A program made the position numbers and the translations under genes. The notes beneath the pieces were generated by a model, which worked only from the letters and a program-made list of their open reading frames with translations, searched no databases and was not told the origin of the DNA. A DNA stretch of 64,000 bases from positions 872-64,871 of the forward strand of contig CAMJAG010000001.1 in assembly GCA_946403545.1 (NCBI GenBank). Reading direction: 5' to 3'. Source of the DNA: an uncultured Bacillales bacterium. Lineage in GTDB: Bacteria; Bacillota_I; Bacilli_A; RFN20; CAG-826. Shown piece after piece: positions 1 to 8,534 of the stretch. The stretch's first letter is position 1; each line of letters starts with the position of its first letter.

Positions 1-608
1 GGATTACCAAACTTATCTACACGGTTATAATCATAGAGTCTATAAGTAAGATTGGAGTTTTGTTGGATTTCAATTAATCTAACTCCTTTTCCAATCGCAT
101 GGATTGTTCCTGGATCAATAATAAAAGTATCTCCAGGTTTAACAGGGAAAAAGTTTAGATAATCTAAGATATTTCCGTTTTCTAAAGCTTGTTTAATTTC
201 TTCTTTAGAGCACTTTTTATTTAACCCAACATATAGTCCACTACCCTTATCAGCAGAGATAATATGCCACATCTCACTTTTGCCAAATGAGTTTTCATTT
301 TTTAAAGCATAATCATCACTTGGATGAACTTGTACAGAAAGGTTTTCTTTCGCGTCTATTAATTTGATTAATATAGGAAAGTATTTGAATCTATCTTGAA
401 TAGGTCCAACATCTTCTTTGCTGATAACATCCACTAAAAGTTTTCCTTTATCTTTTCCACTAGCGATAATAGATGAATCTACATCTCTAACAGATAGTTC
501 CCAACATTCACTAACTCTTTCTAAAGAAACGCCTTTATTGAATGCTTTAAAATATGTTCCACCCCAGATGTAATCTTTAACAGCTGGTGCAAGTTTAACT
601 AATTCCAT
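1..608 (-). CDS. manA: Mannose-6-phosphate isomerase, class I (N-terminal part; C-terminus runs off the window edge)
   Basis: Reverse translation from the ATG at 606-608 gives MELVKLAPAVKDYIWGGTYF..QVHPSDDYA.., matching the type I PMI cupin N-terminus (WGG, QVHP motifs). It lies next to the mannan-utilisation genes. Confidence 0.6.
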   Translation of the reverse strand, partial: MELVKLAPAVKDYIWGGTYFKAFNKGVSLERVSECWELSVRDVDSSIIASGKDKGKLLVDVISKEDVGPIQDRFKYFPILIKLIDAKENLSVQVHPSDDYALKNENSFGKSEMWHIISADKGSGLYVGLNKKCSKEEIKQALENGNILDYLNFFPVKPGDTFIIDPGTIHAIGKGVRLIEIQQNSNLTYRLYDYNRVDKFGN

Positions 609-620
609 AAATTATTCTTT

Positions 621-2303
621 CTATTTAACGAATGAATTGAATAAGTCCTTTAATTCGTTAACTCTCTTTTCGCCATTAGCAAGAACATAAATTTTTAATT
701 TAGGTTCTGTTCCACTAGGTCTTACTGTAATTGTGGAGTTATCTTCAAAGAAAAACTTCACAACATCACTACTTGGTAAGTTAGTAGGTACTTCTTTGTC
801 TTTATAAGAAATAACACCCTTCTTATAATCTCCAATATGATCTACTCCCTTAATAGAAGCTACAACTTTAGGATCTCTAAACTTAAGCATTAAGTCTTTA
901 ATCTTTTGCATACCTTCTAAACCAGGGAATTCATATGTTAATAATGCAGTTTTGAAATCACCATATTTCTTATATAAGAAATTGAGTCTATCTAATAAAG
1001 TAATTCCTTGTAATTTGTAGTGGTTAGCGATTTCACACACTAGCATAACTGCATTAACTGCATCTTTATCTCTAATATCAGTATTTGTTAAGTAACCACA
1101 GGATTCTTCAAATCCTAATAAATAGTCACTAGTTTTACCTTCTCTTTCTAAGAAGAGAATTTGTTCACCAATATATTTAAATCCAGTTAAAACATCTCTA
1201 ACTTCTACACCGAAGTCTTTAGCCATAACATTTGCCATATCACTTGAAACAATTGTTTTAACTAAAACTGGTCTATCTGTTAATGTTCCATTTTCTTTTC
1301 TAGCATGATAAATAGCATCAAATAAAACGATACCAACTTCGTTACCAGTTAAGATATGTGGATTACCATTATCATTAACAACAACACCACATCTATCACT
1401 ATCAGGGTCAGTAGCGACTAAGATATCAGCGTTTTCCGCTAACATTTGTTCGATACCTAATTTAAGTGCTTCATGAATTTCAGGATTTGGATATGGACAT
1501 GTTGGGAAGTTACCATTTGGCCATTCTTGTTCTTTAACTACATGAACAGATTCAAATCCATCTTCCTTTAAGATTGTTGTAACGCATTTTCTACCAGCAC
1601 CATATAAAGGAGTATAAATCACATTTAAAACTCTCTTTTCGTTATAAATTGATTGCTTTTTAGTGCTTGCGATAAATGCGTTGAAACAATCATCTCCGAT
1701 AATGTTAATCATTCCTGCTTTGACGAGTTCATCAAAATTACCGACTTTAACATCAGCGAATGTATCTAGAGTATTAATTTCATTTAAAACAGCATCTGCT
1801 AATTCATTAGTGCATTGGCAACCATCATCACCATATGCTTTATAGCCGTTATAAATCTTTGGGTTATGGCTAGCTGTAACAACTACACCAGATTGGCATT
1901 TGAAATATCTAATAGCAAAGCTAATTGTTGGAGTAGGCATAAGTTCTGGATATAAATGAACTTTAATGCCATTAGCAGCGAGAGTTGCTGCTGTTTCTCT
2001 AGCGTATTCTTCACTATGATTACGAGAATCATATCCTACTGCTACTGAGCTATTTTTGTATTTTTTATTTAAATAATTAGCTAAACCTTGAGTGGCTTTT
2101 CTAATCATAAATCTATTCATTCTATTAGTGCCTAATTCCATGACACCACGAAGACCACCTGTACCAAAAGCTAAATCTTGGAAGAATCTATCTTCAATTG
2201 CTTTAGGATCATCCTTAATAGAAAGGAGTTCTTCTTTCTCTTGTTTGTTTAATAACGATGAGTTTAACCATTCGTTATATACTTTCATGAAATCTCTTGC
2301 CAT
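621..2303 (-). CDS. Alpha-D-phosphohexomutase (phosphoglucomutase/phosphomannomutase)
   Basis: 560 aa with the GGLRG and GVVVTASHNP active-site serine motifs of the PGM/PMM family. Confidence 0.85.
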   Translation of the reverse strand: MARDFMKVYNEWLNSSLLNKQEKEELLSIKDDPKAIEDRFFQDLAFGTGGLRGVMELGTNRMNRFMIRKATQGLANYLNKKYKNSSVAVGYDSRNHSEEYARETAATLAANGIKVHLYPELMPTPTISFAIRYFKCQSGVVVTASHNPKIYNGYKAYGDDGCQCTNELADAVLNEINTLDTFADVKVGNFDELVKAGMINIIGDDCFNAFIASTKKQSIYNEKRVLNVIYTPLYGAGRKCVTTILKEDGFESVHVVKEQEWPNGNFPTCPYPNPEIHEALKLGIEQMLAENADILVATDPDSDRCGVVVNDNGNPHILTGNEVGIVLFDAIYHARKENGTLTDRPVLVKTIVSSDMANVMAKDFGVEVRDVLTGFKYIGEQILFLEREGKTSDYLLGFEESCGYLTNTDIRDKDAVNAVMLVCEIANHYKLQGITLLDRLNFLYKKYGDFKTALLTYEFPGLEGMQKIKDLMLKFRDPKVVASIKGVDHIGDYKKGVISYKDKEVPTNLPSSDVVKFFFEDNSTITVRPSGTEPKLKIYVLANGEKRVNELKDLFNSFVK

Positions 2304-2394
2304 ATAAATTACCTCACCTATTCATTTTACTTGTTTTACATGAAAAAAGGTATTCAACATTAATTAATGATTGAAAACCTTTAATCAGATTATT

Positions 2395-4275
2395 CTATCT
2401 TCTAGTCAATTTGAATGCGTCCGCTGGGACATACATATCAAATTTTGGCATCTTGTAGACTGAGAAATTGTTATCTACTACGAATGAGGAGTAGTTAATA
2501 AATCCTTTGACTGCCACATAGACTAATAATTTATCTCCAAGAACGTCCTCATCATAAGCAAACACTCTAATTCTATTTTTTGGATTTTCCATCTCAGGAT
2601 TAACAAGTCCTGCTTTTTTAATCATCTTATTGGAGTAAATTGGCATTAATCTATCTTGATAGAAGTCAATATCGTATTCGCCATCTTCGTATCCTAAATC
2701 ATCATATACGAGAGTAGAACCACCTACTGTAACTTTTGTCTTGCCACCAGCGTTTTTAACCATTGCGATGCCATGATTAGCGAAGAGTTCTTCTCTAGAA
2801 TTGATTTTGTTATGGTCAAGGTTATAAAGTTTAATTCTTTGGTATGGAAGATATAAATCAACTTCTTTACCTAAGTTAACCTTTTCATCATTTCTCATCT
2901 TCATAGCGAAGTAACCTTCCACTCCTTTGAGTGAGAAATAGACTGCTTGATAATCTGTCTTTTGTTCAACAAACTCGAGTTTTGCAGTGATTTTGAGTGA
3001 ATTTGCTACTTCTTCTAATGAAATGTAATCAGGTTTAATTGCAAGATTGATGTCCGTGTTGAATGCTTCATCTAATAAATGAGAGACAAAGTCTGGATCT
3101 AAGACAACGGCTTGTTCACCAACATGAATTACGCCATCTTTAACCATTGCAGGAATTTCATCTTCTGCAGGGATACCCATGATTGCTTTATGAGTTTCGT
3201 AGTCAAATAAGTAAACATGTTCCATGTTGAATTCAACATTAACAGCTTCGTTAGAGTGAATCTTGGAATTAAATGGAATCTTAATGATGAATTGTTCTTT
3301 TCTATTTTCCATCTTGGTGTAAAGAATTGATTCATCACCTAAGTGTTCCACAACTTCAATGAAGGCGTTTAAGTTACCTTGGTTAGGAATAACATGTTCT
3401 GGTCTAATACCTAATAAGACTTTTTGACCGATATATTTCTTGTTTGCTAATTGTTTTGCTTTAACTTCTGGGAATGTTACTACCATGCCATCAACATCAT
3501 TAAGCTTTGCTTTAAGTGTTTTACCATCCATAAAGAGTTCGGCATCAACAATGTTCATTTGTGGAGAACCTAAGAATGTCGCAACGAAGAGGTTTGATGG
3601 ATCTTCAAATAATGTAATTGGAGTGTCAACTTGTTGGACAAATCCATCTTTCATAACGACAATTCTATTACCCATTGTCATAGCTTCTGTTTGGTCGTGT
3701 GTAACATAAATAAATGTTGTTTGGAGTTTATCATGTAACTTAGTAATTTCACTTCTCATCGCAACACGAAGTTTAGCGTCTAAGTTAGATAATGGTTCAT
3801 CAAGTAAGAAGACCTTTGGATCTCTAACAATTGTTCTACCTAAAGCAACACGTTGTCTTTGACCACCGGAAAGTGCTTTTGGTTTACGAGATAAAAGTTC
3901 TGAGATCTCTAAGATTTCTGCTGCGGCTTTAACTCTTTGATCAATTTCATCTTTAGGTACATGTCTAAGTTTTAAACCAAATGCCATATTTTCATAAACT
4001 GTCATATGTGGATATAAAGCATATGATTGGAAAACCATTGCAATATCCCTGTTTTTTGGTTCAACTTCGTTCATTAGTTCACCATCAATATAGAGTTGAC
4101 CAGCAGTAATTTCTTCTAGACCTGCAATCATTCTTAATGTAGTGGATTTACCACATCCAGAAGGACCGACGAAAACAACGAATTCTTTATCTTTAATTTC
4201 AAGATCGAAATCGCTAACTGCTCTTACTCCTCCATCGTAAACTTTAAATACGTGCTTAAGTGTTACATCTGCCAT
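2395..4275 (-). CDS. MsmK/MalK-type sugar ABC transporter ATPase with an extra ~250-aa C-terminal domain
   Basis: Walker A GPSGCGKST, LSGGQRQR signature and Walker B FLLDEPLSNLD, then a TOBE-like region. At 626 aa it is ~250 aa longer than canonical MalK. Confidence 0.85.
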   Translation of the reverse strand: MADVTLKHVFKVYDGGVRAVSDFDLEIKDKEFVVFVGPSGCGKSTTLRMIAGLEEITAGQLYIDGELMNEVEPKNRDIAMVFQSYALYPHMTVYENMAFGLKLRHVPKDEIDQRVKAAAEILEISELLSRKPKALSGGQRQRVALGRTIVRDPKVFLLDEPLSNLDAKLRVAMRSEITKLHDKLQTTFIYVTHDQTEAMTMGNRIVVMKDGFVQQVDTPITLFEDPSNLFVATFLGSPQMNIVDAELFMDGKTLKAKLNDVDGMVVTFPEVKAKQLANKKYIGQKVLLGIRPEHVIPNQGNLNAFIEVVEHLGDESILYTKMENRKEQFIIKIPFNSKIHSNEAVNVEFNMEHVYLFDYETHKAIMGIPAEDEIPAMVKDGVIHVGEQAVVLDPDFVSHLLDEAFNTDINLAIKPDYISLEEVANSLKITAKLEFVEQKTDYQAVYFSLKGVEGYFAMKMRNDEKVNLGKEVDLYLPYQRIKLYNLDHNKINSREELFANHGIAMVKNAGGKTKVTVGGSTLVYDDLGYEDGEYDIDFYQDRLMPIYSNKMIKKAGLVNPEMENPKNRIRVFAYDEDVLGDKLLVYVAVKGFINYSSFVVDNNFSVYKMPKFDMYVPADAFKLTRR

Positions 4276-4278
4276 AAA

Positions 4279-5130
4279 TTAGGCCTCCTTGTTAACTTTA
4301 TATAGACCCTTACCGACCATGTCAGGGTAATATTCTTTGTTAATATATTTATCAAACATTTCGTGAGACATAAGTGTGTATAAAACTATAACCACACTAT
4401 TAGTGATAGCAAATAGGACAAGTCCTATTGCTAAAGTAAGATAATTGATACAACCGAGTCCCACGACTACACCAGTTGTAAGTAGGAAAGTTAATAATAC
4501 TTTCCAATTTAATAATCCTAAGAAACAGAATGCATTTTTAACTGTTACTCCATAGCCATTTGAATAATAGACATCTTGAGTAAAAGTTAGAGCATTAACT
4601 ATTCCTAAAGTAATGAAGAAGACGATAAGTGCACCAACACCAATGCCACACCATACAGGGGAAGTAGGAGAATAGATTAATAAATAACTTCCTCCAACAA
4701 TAAGACCAAATAGTGTCAGTCCAAATATTGCTCCATTCACTATTGCGTGTTTCCAGTTTTCTTTAATTCCAAAGAAGAAATCAATAGAGAATGTTGTGGA
4801 TTCTTGCCAAACTAGCTTCTTAACAGCGTAGAAACCGCCTGCTAATCCAAGGAATCCGATAATCATACATGGAAGCATAATAAGCATTGAATAGAAAACT
4901 AGAGAGAATAAATATTCAAACTTATCATTTGCCATTGCAGCAGCTTCTAAAAATCCAAAGTAGAATAGATCAACCGCTAACGGAATAAAGAACATAAATA
5001 CAAAGCAAGAAAGAGAGAATAAGGTCATCTTTCTGTGAGCAAGTAAATCAAAGAAGACTTCCTTTCTAGTAGTAGGAAGAGCACTTATTGCTTGAGAATC
5101 TGAAATTTGTTTTTCTTTTCTTTTAAACAT
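4279..5130 (-). CDS. Polytopic membrane protein, unknown function
   Basis: 283 aa, highly hydrophobic with multiple predicted TM helices. It overlaps the next gene by 8 nt, suggesting an operon. Confidence 0.5.
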   Translation of the reverse strand: MFKRKEKQISDSQAISALPTTRKEVFFDLLAHRKMTLFSLSCFVFMFFIPLAVDLFYFGFLEAAAMANDKFEYLFSLVFYSMLIMLPCMIIGFLGLAGGFYAVKKLVWQESTTFSIDFFFGIKENWKHAIVNGAIFGLTLFGLIVGGSYLLIYSPTSPVWCGIGVGALIVFFITLGIVNALTFTQDVYYSNGYGVTVKNAFCFLGLLNWKVLLTFLLTTGVVVGLGCINYLTLAIGLVLFAITNSVVIVLYTLMSHEMFDKYINKEYYPDMVGKGLYKVNKEA

Positions 5131-5725
5131 TGCTTGCCCAATCTTTTACTAAAGTAAGAGCGTTATCATGCTCTTTGATTTTATCTTTGGAGTACTCCCC
5201 AAGATTCTCACTAATTGCATTAAGAACCATATAACATTCTTCACCTGGAAGAGTCATATATTTGCTAACTTTTTCTTTATCAATCTTCACTCCATAATTA
5301 ACTCCTTTTTGAGAGTAAAAAGTACATGAAGAATAATAATTAGTTAAAGTTTCATCTAGTTCTAATCCAAAAGCAGAAATGTTAATGCTAGAAAGTTTAG
5401 TACTTGGAATAATTAACACATCAGCAGAGTTATATCCTGTTACAGATAACTTAGTGTCATAGTTGAAACTATTTGGCATTGAATCAATACAAGAGAATAG
5501 CTTTAAATCTTTTTGTTTGTATTTCTCCAACAAATCTTTTTCCAATGAATCTCTATTAGTAACTTCTCCTGATACAAACAATGTAAGAGTTTGGTATTTT
5601 GGAGTCTTGTTATTCAATCTAAAAATGAAATCCATTAAAAACACTGTTAGAATTGCGGAGATTATATAAAATGGCCAAGTATATTTGAAAACGGCCTTAA
5701 CTCTAGACTTTTTTAACTCATTCAT
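5123..5725 (-). CDS. Hypothetical membrane-anchored protein
   Basis: 200 aa with an N-terminal TM segment and translationally coupled overlaps on both sides. Confidence 0.45.
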   Translation of the reverse strand: MNELKKSRVKAVFKYTWPFYIISAILTVFLMDFIFRLNNKTPKYQTLTLFVSGEVTNRDSLEKDLLEKYKQKDLKLFSCIDSMPNSFNYDTKLSVTGYNSADVLIIPSTKLSSINISAFGLELDETLTNYYSSCTFYSQKGVNYGVKIDKEKVSKYMTLPGEECYMVLNAISENLGEYSKDKIKEHDNALTLVKDWASNV

Positions 5726-6210
5726 AGATGTTTCTCCGCCTTAATGAGAATACGTTGATAAGTCTCAATAGTGAGTTTATCTCCCATCTCGTAGTCTAGT
5801 TCGTTTGTGAAAGCAAATATTACTTTGTCTTGGCAATTAATACCAATGAAATATCTTACATATACTGGATAGACATAAAGTCCATTCATGTAGCACATTT
5901 CATCACTTTTCTTTAGAAATTCCACTTCTTCTACAGGTTTAAGTCCACTACTATATCCTTTAAAATATCTATATCTTTGATTAATATCGTTATAAACGTT
6001 CATAAAGAAGAAGATAGCAAACCAAACAAATAAAACAGTGATAACAATTGCAATAATAAGTGTTGGGTAATATGCTTTCTTAGAGAAAATTACTAATAAT
6101 ACATCTGCAATAAGAACGATAGCGAAGACGCAAGAGAATGCTAAAGAGCATCTAAGGAGGTTAGATTTTGCTAATTTATATTCAGAATTTACGTCTACGC
6201 TATATTTCAT
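5722..6210 (-). CDS. Hypothetical membrane protein
   Basis: 162 aa with two hydrophobic helices, and a 4-nt overlap with the downstream gene. Confidence 0.45.
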   Translation of the reverse strand: MKYSVDVNSEYKLAKSNLLRCSLAFSCVFAIVLIADVLLVIFSKKAYYPTLIIAIVITVLFVWFAIFFFMNVYNDINQRYRYFKGYSSGLKPVEEVEFLKKSDEMCYMNGLYVYPVYVRYFIGINCQDKVIFAFTNELDYEMGDKLTIETYQRILIKAEKHL

Positions 6211-6211
6211 A

Positions 6212-7513
6212 TTAATAATTTTCTAATCCTTCGAGGATTGATTGTTTGATGATGCCACCCCATACTACATATCCATAGTAAGAAAGATGTAATCCATCGG
6301 TTCTAAAATATGCAGCATTTGGTTCGCCATTTTCTTTGATTAATGCTTCGCCTGGATTAATAAGAGTTAACCAAGAAGCATTTGATTTTTGATATTGGAC
6401 AACATTTGCATTAACCGAGTTAATAACATCATAGTAGCCTTTATAACCAGGAATTAAGTTCATCATAATGTATTGAACTTTTGTATTTGGCATAGCTGCA
6501 TGAGTGTCATTTAAGAACTTTGATAAGTTATTCCAAATTGTGCCAGCATCTTGTTTGGAGTTAATTACGTTATTAATACCTACGTAATACACTACCATTT
6601 TTGGTTTATATGGGAATACTAATCTTTGATTTAAGCATTCATCCCATTCTTCAATTGTAGTACCACCAATACCATGATTATAACTTACTATTGGTGCTAA
6701 GTCTTCTTTAGAAGATGTCCAGAATTCAATTGATGAGCTACCAGCAAGCATTACATGATGACTTTCTTCTTCTAAAGCTTTGTTTTCATAGTTCTTTGCT
6801 TTAGTTTCGTAGTTAGAATTATTTACTCTATAGTCTTCTGAAGCATCTTTAACATTAATGACTTTGTTAGTGCCATTACAAGTAAGAGTAATCTTGTTAT
6901 CAGCGAATGTAGCTGTTAATGGTTTACTATTTTTAGCCTTATATTCCATAAGTGGTAAAACATTATCTTTGCTATCTTCAAGTTTTAAAAGCGCTGCTTT
7001 AGAAACTTTAATTTCATCGTTTGAAATCTTAAAGTTCATCACACTATCAACTTGATAATCAACTGAAGCAGATTCTTCTAATACTGTTGAAGGAGGTGTG
7101 TAAGGAGGTTCTGTAATTTCTTCAGCGCTTGCGACAGACCATTTAGCGTATAGTCTTGTGTCTTTAAGCACGACATCTGTAGTGAAATTCCATTCGTTTT
7201 TGCAACTCTCTTCCTTATACCAACCATCAAATTCATAGTTCTTTCTAGTTGGATCTTCTGGTTTTGTAATTTGATGTTCACCAGAGATTGTGACAGTTTT
7301 GTAAAGCAAATTATTGCCTTTACCTTTAGTGCCATTAGAAAGAGTGAATTCTTGTCTTAAATAGTTGTAATAGAAGTCAATACGATGTTCGATAGTACCT
7401 GGTTCTTCTCTAGAATCAGCACCCACTCTTACTAATGAATTATTAGCAAGACCTAGTGCCATAGAAGAAACCGCTAAACCCACAATACCTAAAATTTTAA
7501 TTTTGTTATACAT
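6212..7513 (-). CDS. Secreted SGNH/GDSL-family esterase with an N-terminal beta-rich domain (candidate acetyl-mannan esterase)
   Basis: Signal peptide; the C-terminal half carries SGNH blocks (AGSSSIEFW, YYVGINNV, DGLHLS with the catalytic D..H). Confidence 0.6.
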   Translation of the reverse strand: MYNKIKILGIVGLAVSSMALGLANNSLVRVGADSREEPGTIEHRIDFYYNYLRQEFTLSNGTKGKGNNLLYKTVTISGEHQITKPEDPTRKNYEFDGWYKEESCKNEWNFTTDVVLKDTRLYAKWSVASAEEITEPPYTPPSTVLEESASVDYQVDSVMNFKISNDEIKVSKAALLKLEDSKDNVLPLMEYKAKNSKPLTATFADNKITLTCNGTNKVINVKDASEDYRVNNSNYETKAKNYENKALEEESHHVMLAGSSSIEFWTSSKEDLAPIVSYNHGIGGTTIEEWDECLNQRLVFPYKPKMVVYYVGINNVINSKQDAGTIWNNLSKFLNDTHAAMPNTKVQYIMMNLIPGYKGYYDVINSVNANVVQYQKSNASWLTLINPGEALIKENGEPNAAYFRTDGLHLSYYGYVVWGGIIKQSILEGLENY

Positions 7514-8522
7514 GGCATTCCTCCTTTAAATATTTAAGAAGTTCATCTTCCTTAACAGTAGCAAGGCAAATTACTTTGTCTCCTGCTCCATAGTAGATGT
7601 ATAAAAGACCATCTTTATTAACTACTGCTGTTGGGAATACGCAACCATTGTAATAACCATTAGTTTCATATTCTTCTTCAGGTTCCATAAAGAAATCTTT
7701 TGTTCTAGCAATAATCTTTGTTGGATCATTTAAGTCAAGAAGGATAGCGCCTACTCTATAAGCATCATCTTTTGTAGCGACACCATGATAAAGCACTAAC
7801 CAACCATCTTTAGTTTTAATAGGTGGAGTTCCTGCACCGATTTTCTTATCTTCCCAATCAGTTTCGCCTTGCATTAATAAGGAGTAATTGTCCCAGTGGA
7901 GTAAGTCATCACTACTAGAAATCCAAATCGCAGGATTCTTATTAGGATAGCCTTCACCACATCTTTCCATAGCTCTAGAAAGCATATAGAACTTACCATT
8001 AATTGGTTCAGGGAATAAAATTACATCTCTATCATCGAAATGGCTATCGGTGATAGGTCCTAGTTTTTTCCAATGTCTTAAATCTTTTGAAATGGCTAAG
8101 TGAGTTAAGGTGTTGTTATAAACTAGAACCTTAGGACCGAATTCTGGTTGAAAACCGAAATATTCCTTATCTTCTCTCCAATATTGTCCTGGAGGGAATG
8201 GACGAGAAGCATAAGTGAGGTAGAAGTATTCCCCCATCTTAATTAATCTTGGGTCTTCACATCCACCTGCATCTAAGCCATTAGGATCACCACTTAATAA
8301 TGTAGAATCACTTTCTCTAACAAAGTTAATTCCATCTTTAGAAGTAGCTAAACCTAAATGGATTAAGTGAGTTTTGTCATTTCCTGCAGCACGATAAACC
8401 ATATAGAATTTATCTTCTTCAGGAACATAAACACAAGCTGGGTTAAGAACACAAAGTTCTTCCCATTGGTTCTTTGGGTTTGGTTTTAAAATTGGATTAT
8501 TTTTATATTTATTTAATTTCAT
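7506..8522 (-). CDS. GH130 family glycoside phosphorylase (beta-mannoside phosphorylase-like)
   Basis: 338 aa with the N-terminal NPILKP...VLNPA and beta-propeller signature regions typical of GH130. Confidence 0.8.
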   Translation of the reverse strand: MKLNKYKNNPILKPNPKNQWEELCVLNPACVYVPEEDKFYMVYRAAGNDKTHLIHLGLATSKDGINFVRESDSTLLSGDPNGLDAGGCEDPRLIKMGEYFYLTYASRPFPPGQYWREDKEYFGFQPEFGPKVLVYNNTLTHLAISKDLRHWKKLGPITDSHFDDRDVILFPEPINGKFYMLSRAMERCGEGYPNKNPAIWISSSDDLLHWDNYSLLMQGETDWEDKKIGAGTPPIKTKDGWLVLYHGVATKDDAYRVGAILLDLNDPTKIIARTKDFFMEPEEEYETNGYYNGCVFPTAVVNKDGLLYIYYGAGDKVICLATVKEDELLKYLKEECHV

Positions 8523-8534
8523 AATTTGATACCT

